From: Candidatus Omnitrophota bacterium
Lineage (GTDB): Bacteria; Omnitrophota; Omnitrophia; Omnitrophales; JACROU01
Reading direction: 5' to 3'
NCBI GenBank assembly: GCA_016214265.1
Contig: JACROU010000034.1
Span: 5,878 to 69,877, forward strand
Length of the DNA stretch: 64,000 bases
The notes beneath the pieces are model-generated. The model did not search any database, was not told where the DNA came from, and saw only the letters and a program-made list of their open reading frames with translations. Positions 9,335 to 20,327 of the stretch are shown in pieces; within the stretch, counting starts at the first letter, position 1, and the number at the start of each line of letters is the position of its first letter. A program made the position numbers and the translations under genes.

Positions 9335-9838
9335 TCAAGAAAGCTCAGCAATTTGTTTTGGCGTCATCAACCACTCTAAAGTGGCGCATTGATCGTATTT
9401 CAAATCATAGACGGTCAGTTTGGCAAGACCGGCCTTTTTCATATTGATGGAACCTGCCTTATTCCCCAACATCAGCATTGAAATAAGCCCGCTCAAATAA
9501 GGCTCGTGACCAACGATCAGAATGCTCTTTCGAGATTTGTAGTGCTTATCAATCTCAGAAACAAGCCTCTTGGGATCCCCCCCGATGGAAGCCAGGTTCT
9601 CGGTCACGGCAACTTTCTTTTTTAAATCAAAGATGTTGGCAACAATATCGGCCGTTTGCCGTGTTCGAAGATATGGACTGGTTAGAATCAAATCGAATGA
9701 AAGGTCCATCGCAAGCATCCCCTTCGCGACGTCTTTCATTTTCTGAATACCTTCATCCGTTAACGGACGCTGGCTATCGGTTCTGAATTTCGGACCGGGA
9801 TTCTCCGCAATGGCATGACGTAAAATGAAAAGTTCCAT
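9335..9838 (-). CDS. sixA: phosphohistidine phosphatase SixA
   Basis: LRHAIAE, RPLTDEG, TSPYLRTRQTA, VGHEP; start re-called at MELF. Confidence 0.92.
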   Translation of the reverse strand: MELFILRHAIAENPGPKFRTDSQRPLTDEGIQKMKDVAKGMLAMDLSFDLILTSPYLRTRQTADIVANIFDLKKKVAVTENLASIGGDPKRLVSEIDKHYKSRKSILIVGHEPYLSGLISMLMLGNKAGSINMKKAGLAKLTVYDLKYDQCATLEWLMTPKQIAELS

Positions 9839-9850
9839 AGTATGATATGA

Positions 9851-9872
9851 TTTACCAAGGGTTAACACAAAT
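9851..9872 (+). promoter_or_regulatory. Pho-box-like direct repeat upstream of the CYTH-CHAD gene
   Basis: TTTACC-aaggg-TTAACA-caaat, 11-bp period; same motif as upstream of pstS, the porin and crcB. Confidence 0.6.
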
Positions 9873-9916
9873 CGAAGGCATCTGGTACCTTCTGTAAAAT
9901 ATCACGGATCGCTGTT

Positions 9917-11320
9917 ATGAAGCCACAAAAACATCTAGACCGGGAAATTGAGTGCAAATGGAAAGCTCTTTCCATTCAGGATTACGAAATCTTTCTTGCC
10001 GCGGCAAAAAAAATGGGGGGCCGGATTTCCAAGCCTCAACATCTTTTGATTTGCGACCTGTATCTTGATACTCCTGATAAGTTTTTCGGACATTCCCGAA
10101 CGAAATGCCGCATCCGGCTGACAAATAAAAAATCGGAGATCACATTAAAAAACTTTTCTATTTCGAAGCAGGGGCTGGTAACGCGCCACGAAAAAAGCAT
10201 CTCTATCCCCCATTTTGATTCTGAACATGCCGCGCTCGCATATTGTCGGAAGCATATTTTTCGAAATTTGCTGGGTCATATGCGAATAAAACCTATTTTC
10301 AAACTCACGAATCATCGATTGATTCGTAAGCTCACTTTACCGGACGGAACTTCCGCAGAATCCTGTTTTGACGACGTTGTTATTTCCCGCAGCACGAAAA
10401 AAGTTCATATGTTTGAAATCGAGCTGGAATATACGAAAGGCAATCTTGAAACTTTCAAGAATTTTGCCGCTAAATTAACACGCGTTTCAAAATTAAAACC
10501 TCAAACAAGATCGAAATTCGCCACCGCGATGTCACAGCTTTTCGGAGAAACCCACATCCCGTCGGACCCGAGGCAAATTGTGTATCCCTATCGCTACACA
10601 AAATATGATTCGCTTGGGTTTGTCGCAAAACAGATCGTTCGAGCCAACTTAAACAGAATGAAAACTAACGAAGCGGGTGTTCGACTTAATATTGAGGAAG
10701 AATCGCTTCACGACATGCGTGTTGCCGCAAGACGCATACGCGCTGCTCTTCGTCTGTTCAAAAAAGCTTTGCCATCGCAGGCAAGTAAAATAGCGTACAA
10801 GCTGCGCCGCTTCGGATACCTGCTTGGAAGAAAACGGGATCTGGATATTTTATCTGCTCATGCAAACCTTTCCTCCGAAATTGGGCGGGCTCATCAAGCC
10901 ATTCTTCGCGAATTGAATTCTCCACGTTATGCCAAGCTCATTCGTTCGATTGAGACCCTCGATAGCCGCTCTAAAAAGCTCGAGGCAAAAAAAATGATTC
11001 AAAAACGACTCGACAAAGTGCTAAGCGAAGCCCTGTCGATCACCCCAAAATCTTCCGACAAAGAACTTCATCGGCTACGCATTACGATCAAAAAACTCCG
11101 ATACGCCTGTGAATTTTTGGAATCGGTTTCACTACCAAAGACCAGAAAGCTCATAGATAGCTGCCGTCAGATACAAGATATTCTGGGTGCGCATCAAGAC
11201 GCAATTTTGGGATTAAAAACATTTCCTCGCAACAAATTATTCCGGAAGAAAAAGAAAGAGGCCCGATTGCAATTCGAAAAGGAATGGAAAGGTTTTTTAC
11301 TTCGGCTTTTGCGGTTTTAA
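9917..11320 (+). CDS. CYTH + CHAD domain polyphosphate-associated protein
   Basis: EIECK, YLDT, EIELE (CYTH); LHDMRVAARRIRA, RDLD, LHRLRITIKKLRY, QDILGAHQD (CHAD). Confidence 0.9.
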   Translation: MKPQKHLDREIECKWKALSIQDYEIFLAAAKKMGGRISKPQHLLICDLYLDTPDKFFGHSRTKCRIRLTNKKSEITLKNFSISKQGLVTRHEKSISIPHFDSEHAALAYCRKHIFRNLLGHMRIKPIFKLTNHRLIRKLTLPDGTSAESCFDDVVISRSTKKVHMFEIELEYTKGNLETFKNFAAKLTRVSKLKPQTRSKFATAMSQLFGETHIPSDPRQIVYPYRYTKYDSLGFVAKQIVRANLNRMKTNEAGVRLNIEEESLHDMRVAARRIRAALRLFKKALPSQASKIAYKLRRFGYLLGRKRDLDILSAHANLSSEIGRAHQAILRELNSPRYAKLIRSIETLDSRSKKLEAKKMIQKRLDKVLSEALSITPKSSDKELHRLRITIKKLRYACEFLESVSLPKTRKLIDSCRQIQDILGAHQDAILGLKTFPRNKLFRKKKKEARLQFEKEWKGFLLRLLRF

Positions 11321-13336
11321 TTCTTTCGGGAGCGTCCTGCCGAGCTGTTCGTTCCTATCATAAGCTTTCTGACATAAATATTCCTGCACGCGAAACCTCC
11401 GGTGTTCCACGGACTCCAGTTTTTGATAAGTTCCATCCGGCCGCAGCCGCCACGATTTCTGATTATCTTTAAAATATAACTTCACTAGTTCAGAAAGATA
11501 ACTTTTAATTTCCTTATGTTCCACCGGGAACATAATTTCGATACGACGATCCAGATTTCTCGGCATCCAGTCCGCGCTGGAAAGATACAGCTCATCATCG
11601 CCGCCGTTTGAGAAATAAAATATCCGGGCATGCTCCAGAAACATATCTACCACACTCACCACTTCGATATTTTCACTCAATCCCTTCACTCCAGGCCGGA
11701 GGCAGCATGTGCCACGAATATTCAATTTGATCTGGCAGCCGGCCTGCGAAGCTTTGTAAAGCGCTTCGATAATTTCTTCATCCACAAGAGAATTCATTTT
11801 CGCGATAATCATACTTGGTTTTTCTTTGCTCCGGATTTCTTCGCGTCGAATCAGGCGCAGCAGCCGGCGCTTCAGTCCGTAAGGCGCAATCTCGATTTTT
11901 GCGAGCGCTGTCGGCTCAGAATAGCCGGTAATCACATTAAAAAATGCCGACACATCACTCGCCAGATCTTCATTGGCTGAAAAAAGTCCCACATCCGAAT
12001 AAAGCTGGGCCGTTTTCTCATTATAATTTCCGGTCGACAGATGAACGTATCGCTTGATGCCTTCACTCTCGCGCCTCACCACCAGACAAGCCTTGGAGTG
12101 CGTTTTCAGGCCGGTCACTCCGTACAGCACGCTGGCGCCCGAAATTTCAAGCCGCCGCGCCCATTTGATATTTTTTTCTTCGTCGAAACGGGCCTTCAAT
12201 TCTACGAGTGCTGTCACTCGCTTTCCGTTTTCGGCCGCGCGGGCCAGCGCGTCCACAATCGTCGATTCAGCTCCCGTTCGATAGAGGGTCATCTTAATCG
12301 CCAGCACATCCGGATCATCCGCCGCCTCATTCACGAAACGAATCACTGGATCAAAAGAATCGTACGGGAGCACCAAGCAAACGTCTTTTTTTTTGAGAAG
12401 TTCCCAAACGTTATCAGCATTCTCAAAATCGGAAACCGGCCGGGGATTCCATGAGGGGCGCTTTAATTCAGGGAAGTTTGGCTGATATGCCAACGAAGAA
12501 AGGGTTTTCAGATCAAACCATGTATCGACATGGCAAATGTCATGCTCTGAAATTTTTAACTCTCTCTTCAAAAATTGAACGGCGTTTTCCGATGCCAAGA
12601 CTTCAAGCCGAACCACCGCACTTTGTCTGCGCATCCTGAGCGCTTCGGTCATAACTTTGGCAAAATCCTCGTCCTTTTCCTCATCAATCGTCATTTCGGC
12701 ACCGCGTGTCAGGCGCATTAGGCCCTGGCTTTTAATCTCGCAGCCGATGAACAGTTCCTGCGCAAAGGCCATCACCACATCCTCCAACAGAACGAACTGA
12801 TATCCGCTGTCGGCGGGAAGAGCGATAATCCGCGAAAAATTTTTTGGCATTTCGATCACGGCGAATTCTTCACCCGACTTTTGGCCGGGTTTTAAAACAC
12901 CGATCAAAACGTAAAGGCTAAGACTGGCCAAAGCAGGAACCGGCTTGTCTTCAGAAAGAGCAATTGGCGTCAGCACTGGGAATAATTCTTTTCTGAAAAA
13001 GTTTTTGAGATATTCCCTCTGCCGGTCACTAAGCGCTTCGCGCGGAACGCGGACAATCCCCGACTTCTCTAACTCCGGGATCATCACATTTTTGAAATAC
13101 TGATTTTCTTTCTCAATAATTTCGTAGGCCTGTTCAACGATTTTCCGGGTCATCGGATTGCCGCCATTTTCTAAACTGGCGACACGCACCATAAAAAACT
13201 CGTCAAAATTGGAGCTCGCGATCCCCATAAATTTAAGCTGTTCCAGAAGTGGGTTTGACGGATCCATCGCTTCGGCCAAAACCCGGGCATTAAATTCCAG
13301 CCACGACAATTCTCGATTGAAAAATTTTTCGCTCAT
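11297..13336 (-). CDS. ppk1: polyphosphate kinase 1
   Basis: FNRELSWLEFNARV, NFDEFFMVRV, IKMTLYR, ELKARFDE, KTHSK, TGNYN, SSADWMPRNLDRR. Confidence 0.97.
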   Translation of the reverse strand: MSEKFFNRELSWLEFNARVLAEAMDPSNPLLEQLKFMGIASSNFDEFFMVRVASLENGGNPMTRKIVEQAYEIIEKENQYFKNVMIPELEKSGIVRVPREALSDRQREYLKNFFRKELFPVLTPIALSEDKPVPALASLSLYVLIGVLKPGQKSGEEFAVIEMPKNFSRIIALPADSGYQFVLLEDVVMAFAQELFIGCEIKSQGLMRLTRGAEMTIDEEKDEDFAKVMTEALRMRRQSAVVRLEVLASENAVQFLKRELKISEHDICHVDTWFDLKTLSSLAYQPNFPELKRPSWNPRPVSDFENADNVWELLKKKDVCLVLPYDSFDPVIRFVNEAADDPDVLAIKMTLYRTGAESTIVDALARAAENGKRVTALVELKARFDEEKNIKWARRLEISGASVLYGVTGLKTHSKACLVVRRESEGIKRYVHLSTGNYNEKTAQLYSDVGLFSANEDLASDVSAFFNVITGYSEPTALAKIEIAPYGLKRRLLRLIRREEIRSKEKPSMIIAKMNSLVDEEIIEALYKASQAGCQIKLNIRGTCCLRPGVKGLSENIEVVSVVDMFLEHARIFYFSNGGDDELYLSSADWMPRNLDRRIEIMFPVEHKEIKSYLSELVKLYFKDNQKSWRLRPDGTYQKLESVEHRRFRVQEYLCQKAYDRNEQLGRTLPKELKPQKPK

Positions 13337-13347
13337 AGTCACACCCA

Positions 13348-14907
13348 CTATTTGGGGGGAGCCCCTTGTTTTAATGTAATTGTCGAACCAAAATTTTCGG
13401 CAAACATATCCCCTTTTTTCGATAGCCCGTCCCGTTCGATAGAAATATCGCCCGCCTCTTCCGGCACCCAGAGAATAAAATTGTCCCCCGACCGCTCCAG
13501 CTGAAAGTTCCGGATTTTTTGCGTATGACTTTTATCGATAGCATCGGCAACCCGAAGAATCGCGGCAAGCTTCGAAACGATTGCTCGGTCCGATTTGGTG
13601 AGCGACATGTACGCCACATGCGTTGTTTGCGGAGTGGTGCGGCGATGATAGCGAACCACATTCGAAATGATATTTTTATCGGACTTACGCAGTCCGAAAA
13701 TATCAGCCGCATCAATCAAATAACTGGAATGTTTGTGATGCCCTTGAGGCGAAATATACATCCCGATATCGTGCAGAATCGCGGCAGCCTCAAGTAGCAG
13801 ACGGTCTTTCGCCCCAAGCCCGTGTTCCTCTTTCAAATTATCGAACAGCTTAATCGCGTTCGCTGCGACGCACAGGGCGTGCGGGCCGTCGTACATATAT
13901 TTCCGTCCCAATCGCCGGCAGGAGCTTATCACCTGTTTCGATACGTCAGTGCGCTTGAATCCGGATAAAATTTGCGCCTGTTCCAGCAGCAGTCCTTCGC
14001 GAATGCTGACCATCGGCACCACAATATTTTCGGTTCTTGTTTCAGCCAAAAAGTTGGCGTAAATCAGAAGTGATGGATAAAGCGTCTCGGCTTCCGAATA
14101 CGCAATTCCGTATTTATCCGAAATTTCATCGGCAGGCATTTTGGCGAGGGAATCAATAAATTTCAGAAACGTGGTCTTTTCAAGGATGACATAATCGCCT
14201 TCGATTTTTTCAGTGAGCTGGCGCGAAACAAAACGCATGTCGCCGCCGACCGCAATAAAAGTATTGATATCACCCAGATTATACTCCCGTCCGGCGTATT
14301 GCGCGATGTCACGAATACTGCGTTTCAACACACGCTGCATCTGCGCGGATTCCGTTTTGCCGGCAATAGCCTGTTCGGGCAGTCGAATCGATCCAATCGA
14401 AAGGGTTCGGGTCAGTTCCACCTCGCCCTTGCTGAAAATAATCATTTCTGTACTGCCGGAACCAACTTCGATAATCAGGCAGCTCTTGTTTTGAAAATCA
14501 AATTTTTCGCCCAGCGCGTGCTCCACCGCTATCAATTCCAAACGGTTTTCTTCCGGTCCCTCGATGACCTCAACGTCGATCCCGGTCCGTACAAAAACTT
14601 GATCGATAAAATTCTCCCGGTTCGCCGCCTCGCGCACGGCACTAGTCGCGATCGCGTGAACATTTTTAACCCCATAACTATCGAGGACCGATTTAAAATT
14701 TTTGAGCACCACGATCCCCTCACGAATCACGGCATTAGAAATACGTCCCGTCGTAAAAACATCTTTGCCAAACGCCACGGGTTTTTGTAAATTTTCAAGA
14801 TGCCGCATTTCAAATTTGGGTCCGATTTCAGCAATCACCATGCGAATTGCGCTAGAGCCGATGTCGATGACGGCTACGGTTTGTTTTTGAATCGTTGGTT
14901 CAGGCAT
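13348..14907 (-). CDS. ppx: Ppx/GppA exopolyphosphatase with HD domain
   Basis: IDIGSSAIRM, ATSAVREA, EVGSGSTE, SIREG, LHDIG, HHKHS, LRVADA; AGGAGG RBS before MPEPT. Confidence 0.93.
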   Translation of the reverse strand: MPEPTIQKQTVAVIDIGSSAIRMVIAEIGPKFEMRHLENLQKPVAFGKDVFTTGRISNAVIREGIVVLKNFKSVLDSYGVKNVHAIATSAVREAANRENFIDQVFVRTGIDVEVIEGPEENRLELIAVEHALGEKFDFQNKSCLIIEVGSGSTEMIIFSKGEVELTRTLSIGSIRLPEQAIAGKTESAQMQRVLKRSIRDIAQYAGREYNLGDINTFIAVGGDMRFVSRQLTEKIEGDYVILEKTTFLKFIDSLAKMPADEISDKYGIAYSEAETLYPSLLIYANFLAETRTENIVVPMVSIREGLLLEQAQILSGFKRTDVSKQVISSCRRLGRKYMYDGPHALCVAANAIKLFDNLKEEHGLGAKDRLLLEAAAILHDIGMYISPQGHHKHSSYLIDAADIFGLRKSDKNIISNVVRYHRRTTPQTTHVAYMSLTKSDRAIVSKLAAILRVADAIDKSHTQKIRNFQLERSGDNFILWVPEEAGDISIERDGLSKKGDMFAENFGSTITLKQGAPPK

Positions 14908-15886
14908 CGCATTCCTCCTGTGCCAATTTAGCCGCACCCATCACAATCGAATAATCCTTCAGCTTCGCCGCGACCACTTTCACATTTTTTACAAGCCCCG
15001 ACATCGCGTAGTGCCGCATCGACTCATCAGCCTCAGGAATGATAATTTTCCCCATCGCTTCTACCACACCGCCGCCCAGCACAATTATTTCGGGATTCAG
15101 AACATTTACAATATTTGCCATCGCCATGCCCAGCAATTTCGCTTTATTCTTCACCAAAGTTTTTATCGCCGCATCTCCGGCTTTAATCGCAGCGGCCAAC
15201 GCACCGCTTTTTATTTTCGAAATGTCGGTTCCGGACATTTTCAGCAGTTTGGGCGCGCGATTTTTCAGCGCGAGCATAGCCGCTTCCGCCGCAATAGCGG
15301 GCCGGCCAATTTCCGTTTCAAGACAGCCGCGATTGCCGCATCCGCACACCGGCCCGAGAGGATCCACCAGGGTATGCCCAATTTCACCGGCGGCTCCCAT
15401 AGAACCCTGATAAAGTTTTCCATTCAAAATAAGTGCGCCGCCAATCCCTGTCCCGAGAAAAATGCCGATGACATGCGAATACCCGCGCGCCGCACCAAAA
15501 TGGAATTCACCGTACAATCCAACATTCACATCATTTTCGAGAGTCACCGGAACATCAAAATATTTACTGAGTTTTTTTCCGAGAGAAAGATTATTAAGGA
15601 ATGAAATGTTGGGAGATGAAACAACAACGCCTTCTTTGACGTCGATAATTCCGGGACATCCGACGCCGATTGCCGCAACGCTCTCGAGCCCGACTTTAGC
15701 CCCATTCAGCACTTGAAGAACGCTATCAACAATAGCACCGAAGAAATACTTTTCGCCCTTGTCGACCTGCACCTTGGTTTTGAGCGTTGAAATCAACCGG
15801 AACTTCTTATCCAATAGTCCGGTCAACATTTTGGTTCCACCCAAGTCAATGCCTATGAAGTACTTACGCTTCTTCTTTTTGGCCAT
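14900..15886 (-). CDS. ROK-family sugar kinase (glucokinase-like)
   Basis: GIDLGGTK, LENDVN, GTGIGG, GEIGH, CGCGNRGCLE, LGGG. Confidence 0.9.
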   Translation of the reverse strand: MAKKKKRKYFIGIDLGGTKMLTGLLDKKFRLISTLKTKVQVDKGEKYFFGAIVDSVLQVLNGAKVGLESVAAIGVGCPGIIDVKEGVVVSSPNISFLNNLSLGKKLSKYFDVPVTLENDVNVGLYGEFHFGAARGYSHVIGIFLGTGIGGALILNGKLYQGSMGAAGEIGHTLVDPLGPVCGCGNRGCLETEIGRPAIAAEAAMLALKNRAPKLLKMSGTDISKIKSGALAAAIKAGDAAIKTLVKNKAKLLGMAMANIVNVLNPEIIVLGGGVVEAMGKIIIPEADESMRHYAMSGLVKNVKVVAAKLKDYSIVMGAAKLAQEECDA

Positions 15887-15946
15887 GAAACACCCCTGGG
15901 TTATTGACAGGGCAGTCCTTGCCCCTATGTAGGAAGGATACTTGAT

Positions 15947-16612
15947 TTACTGTTGGGTTTCAATATGATGGCGGACTTCCTTGCCCTGCTTCATATAGAT
16001 GACGTCTTCGGCAATGTTGTTGGCCAGATCAGCGATGCGCTCCAGATTGTGACCGATAATAATCAGACTCATCCCGGTTTTTACGATGGAAGGATCTTTC
16101 TGCATCAATTCCACAATTTGCTGATAAATTTCGTCGTTATAATCGTCCACTTCATCGTCCCGTTTCAACACACTTCGAGCAAGCTCCACATCCCCGTTCA
16201 CGAAAGCGTCGAGAGCGTCCTTGAGCATTTTCAGCGCCGCCTGCGCCATTTCGGGAAGATGAATATGGGTTTTCAACACAGGCTCTTTCATCACGATCAA
16301 AGAACGTTCCGCAATATTGACAGCATGGTCGCCCATCCGCTCGAGGTCCGTATTAATTTTCAAGATCGACGTCACCACACGCAAATCAACCGCCATCGGC
16401 TGTCCCAACGCAATCAGACTATGCCCCATCTCATCGATTTCAATTTCAAGCTGATTGATAACTTTATCACCGGCCACCACCTGATTAGCCAGAATACTAT
16501 CGCGTTTGAGAAGGGCCTGAATCGCCTTCTCAACCGTTTCTTCCACGAGCAAACCCATGCGAAGAAGTCTCTGTTTCAATTCTTTCAAGTCTTCATGAAA
16601 ATGTCGTTCCAT
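15947..16612 (-). CDS. phoU: phosphate signalling protein PhoU
   Basis: QPMAVDLR, DLERMGDHAVNIAE, DDEVD, LERIADLANNIAE; GAGGAG RBS before MERHF. Confidence 0.96.
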   Translation of the reverse strand: MERHFHEDLKELKQRLLRMGLLVEETVEKAIQALLKRDSILANQVVAGDKVINQLEIEIDEMGHSLIALGQPMAVDLRVVTSILKINTDLERMGDHAVNIAERSLIVMKEPVLKTHIHLPEMAQAALKMLKDALDAFVNGDVELARSVLKRDDEVDDYNDEIYQQIVELMQKDPSIVKTGMSLIIIGHNLERIADLANNIAEDVIYMKQGKEVRHHIETQQ

Positions 16613-16622
16613 CAGTTTCTCC

Positions 16623-17447
16623 TCATCCAAATCGACCGGTGATATAATCTTCTGTTTCTTTTTTATCGGGTGTTGTAAAAATCTTTTTCGTCTCGCCGTG
16701 TTCAACCAAAAGTCCCAAATAAAAATATCCGGTAAAATCGCTGACCCGCGCCGCCTGCTGCATATTATGCGTCACAATCACGATTGTGTAATTTTTCTTG
16801 AGCTCGTGAATCAGTTCTTCAATCTTTGCCGTGGAAATCGGATCCAATGCCGAAGCGGGTTCGTCCATCAGCACAATTTCAGGATTCACCGCCAGAGCCC
16901 GTGCAATGCAAATCCGCTGCTGCTGGCCGCCGGAAAGTTCCAGCGCAGGCTTTTCCAGGCGGTCCTTAACTTCGTCCCAGATCGCGGACTTCTTCAGACT
17001 TTCCTCCACGATCCCCTCGAGCATTGATTTATTTTTGATTCCCTGAAGCCGGGGACCGTAAGCCACATTATCAAAAATAGTTTTCGGAAACGGATTCGAC
17101 TTTTGAAACACCATACCCACGATGCGTCGCAGCGCCACGACATTGATCTCGGAACCGTAAATATTTACCCCGTCAATAATCACCGATCCCTCAATCCGCG
17201 CTCCGGGAAGCGTATCATTCATTCGATTGAGTGTTCTTAAAAAAGTGGATTTTCCACATCCTGACGGCCCGATCAGAGCGGTCACCGCTTTTTTTTGAAT
17301 GTCGAGTGTGACACTTTTCAAAGCATGCACGCTGGAGTAATAGACATTCAAATCCTTAACCTTAATACTGATCGACGAATTATGTTTGTCCATTGGCACC
17401 GCCTTCTGAGCGTGAAAAATCTTTTCTTCCACCGGTACATTCATCAT
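16623..17447 (-). CDS. pstB: phosphate ABC transporter ATPase
   Basis: [49 protein letters not shown]. Confidence 0.98.
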   Translation of the reverse strand: MMNVPVEEKIFHAQKAVPMDKHNSSISIKVKDLNVYYSSVHALKSVTLDIQKKAVTALIGPSGCGKSTFLRTLNRMNDTLPGARIEGSVIIDGVNIYGSEINVVALRRIVGMVFQKSNPFPKTIFDNVAYGPRLQGIKNKSMLEGIVEESLKKSAIWDEVKDRLEKPALELSGGQQQRICIARALAVNPEIVLMDEPASALDPISTAKIEELIHELKKNYTIVIVTHNMQQAARVSDFTGYFYLGLLVEHGETKKIFTTPDKKETEDYITGRFG

Positions 17448-18406
17448 ATAGTTACCAATCCTTGTTTCTTGCGGAAGTACATTCGAAATAAAACAGCCAC
17501 TAAGTTCAACAAAAACGTCAGTGAAATCAAGACCAGCGTAGTTCCATACTGAATCGGAAGTGTCTTTTCTGCGTCAACCGACTGCGTGGCCATGATGTAG
17601 ATGTGATATGAAAGATCCATAAATTGATCGAAGGGATTGACCATCGGGATAAAACCAAACAGATTCACAACCGGCAAATGCGGCAAAAAATAGGCGACAC
17701 CCGTAAACAGAATCGGCGCTGTCTCGCCTGCCCCGCGGCTCACCGCCAAAATCGCACCCGTTAAAATGCCGCCGCGCGCCTGAGGGATCACCACCCGCCA
17801 AATCGTCTGCCACTTCGTCGCCCCAAGCGCTAGTGAAGCCGCGCGATGACTTTGGGGAACGCTAATCAACGCTTCTTCCGTTGAAACAATAATCACGGGC
17901 AGCACCAGTATCGCCAGCGTCGCCGCCGCCCAAAGCATGCAAGGCTGGCCGAACAGAAGACCGGTTTTGAGCACTTGATCCAGATTCCGGCCAACAAAAA
18001 GAACAAAAAATCCGAGACCGAAAAGCCCAAAAACAATTGATGGAACTCCGGCCAGATTGTTAACCGCGGCTCGGATTAGGCGAAAAACAATTCCATCTCC
18101 GGCATACTCCACCAAATAAATCGCAGCGGCCACACCAAGCGGCAGCGCCATTACCACCATCAACACTGTTTTAGCAATAGCCCCAAAAATGCATGGGAAA
18201 ATTCCGCCTTGAGTCATGCCATCGGTGGGCGCCAGTAATAGAAATGACCCTGTAACGACCCCCGCACCATTTTTTACGATAATCCACAGAATCAAAAAGA
18301 TCGCTATCAGCGGAACGACAGCAAAAATACGCACCAGTCCGTTCATGAAGTTTTCGGAAAGGTTGTCGTGTTTTACGGTGAGATTGGAAACGATGGATTC
18401 TCTCAT
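17444..18406 (-). CDS. pstA: phosphate ABC transporter permease
   Basis: [31 protein letters not shown]. Confidence 0.96.
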   Translation of the reverse strand: MRESIVSNLTVKHDNLSENFMNGLVRIFAVVPLIAIFLILWIIVKNGAGVVTGSFLLLAPTDGMTQGGIFPCIFGAIAKTVLMVVMALPLGVAAAIYLVEYAGDGIVFRLIRAAVNNLAGVPSIVFGLFGLGFFVLFVGRNLDQVLKTGLLFGQPCMLWAAATLAILVLPVIIVSTEEALISVPQSHRAASLALGATKWQTIWRVVIPQARGGILTGAILAVSRGAGETAPILFTGVAYFLPHLPVVNLFGFIPMVNPFDQFMDLSYHIYIMATQSVDAEKTLPIQYGTTLVLISLTFLLNLVAVLFRMYFRKKQGLVTI

Positions 18407-18408
18407 AA

Positions 18409-19359
18409 TTACATTCTCAATTTCCGCCGCATTTTGTTGATCACAACTTCAGAACAAATATTCAGAACAAACGTCATCGTAAACAGAATCGCTCCCACGA
18501 GAAAAAGAACGTAGTAATGTTCACTGCCCTGGACCACCTCACCCATTTCGGCGGCGATATTCGCTGTCATAGTTCGAACGCTTGAGAACATATCCAACGT
18601 TACCAGCGCGGCGTTTCCCGTCGCCATCAGCACAATCATGGTCTCGCCCAGCGCACGGCCGAATCCCAAAAGCACGGCCGCTGAAATTCCAGAAACGGCG
18701 GCGGGCACCACCGTTTTCCAAATCGTCTGCCACTTCGTCGCACCCAAAGCGTAGGAAGCGTCGCGAAGTTCTTTGGGAATTGCCCGAAGCGCCTCTTCCA
18801 CCAGTGTGACGATAATTGGAAATGTCACAAGCGAAACGCCGAGCGCCCCTACAAAAGCATTCAACCGGAATTTAGTGTGAAACAAATCCTGAACAAATGT
18901 GGCGACAACTGCCAGCATCAAAAATCCGATCACGACGGAAGGAATGCCGGCCAGCAATTCTAGTGTGGGCTTCAACGTTTCCCTCACCCGCGCAGACGCA
19001 ATTTCGGACAGATAAATGCCGCAGCCTATACCGAAAACCGAGGAAATCACTGTCGCCGGAAATGCCACCAGAAAACTTCCGCAAACAAGCGGAACAATGG
19101 AATATTTTGGAACTTCAGAAACCGACTGCCACATGACTTTGAAAATATTTTTCTCGTCGTATGGGTCGTACACCCACTTGCCGATCAAATCCAGAGGGGA
19201 TACAGACTTAAATGTCAGCATCCCCTCTTTGAAGAGAAATAAGAAGATCAGCGAAATAAAAACAATCGAGGCAATCCCGGAAATAAAGAGGGCTTTTTCA
19301 ATCAGCCACTCGGCAGGATGATGATTTTTCCGGGTTAATTCTTGAGTGATATCCGTCAT
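18409..19359 (-). CDS. pstC: phosphate ABC transporter permease
   Basis: [32 protein letters not shown]. Confidence 0.96.
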   Translation of the reverse strand: MTDITQELTRKNHHPAEWLIEKALFISGIASIVFISLIFLFLFKEGMLTFKSVSPLDLIGKWVYDPYDEKNIFKVMWQSVSEVPKYSIVPLVCGSFLVAFPATVISSVFGIGCGIYLSEIASARVRETLKPTLELLAGIPSVVIGFLMLAVVATFVQDLFHTKFRLNAFVGALGVSLVTFPIIVTLVEEALRAIPKELRDASYALGATKWQTIWKTVVPAAVSGISAAVLLGFGRALGETMIVLMATGNAALVTLDMFSSVRTMTANIAAEMGEVVQGSEHYYVLFLVGAILFTMTFVLNICSEVVINKMRRKLRM

Positions 19360-19379
19360 GAACCTCTTATTAGTCCCCT

Positions 19380-20258
19380 CTATTTTACTTTCAATGGAAT
19401 ATAGCCGACTTCTTCCACAATTTTTTGTCCCTCAGGACTAAGAATCCAACTAAGATATTCTTTGATTTTCCCTTTCGGCTTGAAACCCGTGTACATATAA
19501 AGATAACGGGCTATGGGATAGTGCCCTGACCAAGCCGCTTCATAATCGGCTTTTCCCTCAACATTTAAAGGACTGACGGCTTGAGATTTGTCATCTTTTT
19601 TGATGGGAAGAATTTTCAGATTCGGCTGATTCAAAAAATAAGCGACACCGCCGTAGGCAATTCCGTTAGCATCTTTGCTGATCGCGTTAACCGATGCGCT
19701 GGTTCCCGGAACGGTCTGGCAATCCGCGGCGAAATCCTGATTTTTCAGGACCAGTTCTTTAAAAAACGCGTACGTTCCGCTGTTTGATTCACGAGAATAA
19801 CGGATAATTTCCGCGTTATTGCCGCCGACGTCTTTCCAGTTATTGATTCGCCCCGTGTAAATTCCCATCAATTGCTTCATCGTCAGTGATTGAACAGGAT
19901 TATCTTTATTCACGACAACCGCGATACTGTCCATTCCCACCTTAAACTCAGCTGGATAATATCCGGCCGACTTGGCCTGCTGAATTTCCTTTTCTTTGAT
20001 CGGACGGCTGGCATTGGCGATATCTGTCGTTCCGTTGATGAGTGCCGCAATACCAGTTCCTGAACCTCCGCCAGTTACCTGAATCGAAACATCAGGATTA
20101 TTCTTCATGTACAGCTCAGCCCAACGCTGACCCAAAATTACGATCGTGTCGGATCCTTTGACCGTGATGTTGTTGGCGGCAAACGCCACCGGGCTTGCGC
20201 ACATGATCCCAATCAAGGCAAGCGATAAAATTTTATTCCTGAGATTTTTCATTTTCAT
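19380..20258 (-). CDS. pstS: phosphate ABC transporter substrate-binding protein
   Basis: KGSDT, GGGSGTGIAAL, ASR, SRESNSGT, YPIARYLY. Confidence 0.96.
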   Translation of the reverse strand: MKMKNLRNKILSLALIGIMCASPVAFAANNITVKGSDTIVILGQRWAELYMKNNPDVSIQVTGGGSGTGIAALINGTTDIANASRPIKEKEIQQAKSAGYYPAEFKVGMDSIAVVVNKDNPVQSLTMKQLMGIYTGRINNWKDVGGNNAEIIRYSRESNSGTYAFFKELVLKNQDFAADCQTVPGTSASVNAISKDANGIAYGGVAYFLNQPNLKILPIKKDDKSQAVSPLNVEGKADYEAAWSGHYPIARYLYMYTGFKPKGKIKEYLSWILSPEGQKIVEEVGYIPLKVK

Positions 20259-20282
20259 ATCTCCTGTATTCTATTTTTGCTA

Positions 20283-20321
20283 CGTAAACTCCAGTTTTAA
20301 TTAATGTAAAGTTTGTGTAAT
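20283..20321 (-). promoter_or_regulatory. Pho-box-like 11-bp direct repeats upstream of pstS
   Basis: Minus strand: ATTACA-caaac-TTTACA-ttaat-TAAAAC-tggag-TTTACG. Confidence 0.7.
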
Positions 20322-20327
20322 GTTTGC

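Noticed and set aside
14900-15886. Calling the ROK kinase polyphosphate glucokinase (ppgK)
   Set aside because: It has the CxCGxxGCxE zinc motif of ATP-dependent ROK kinases, which characterised PpgK enzymes lack; context alone is insufficient.
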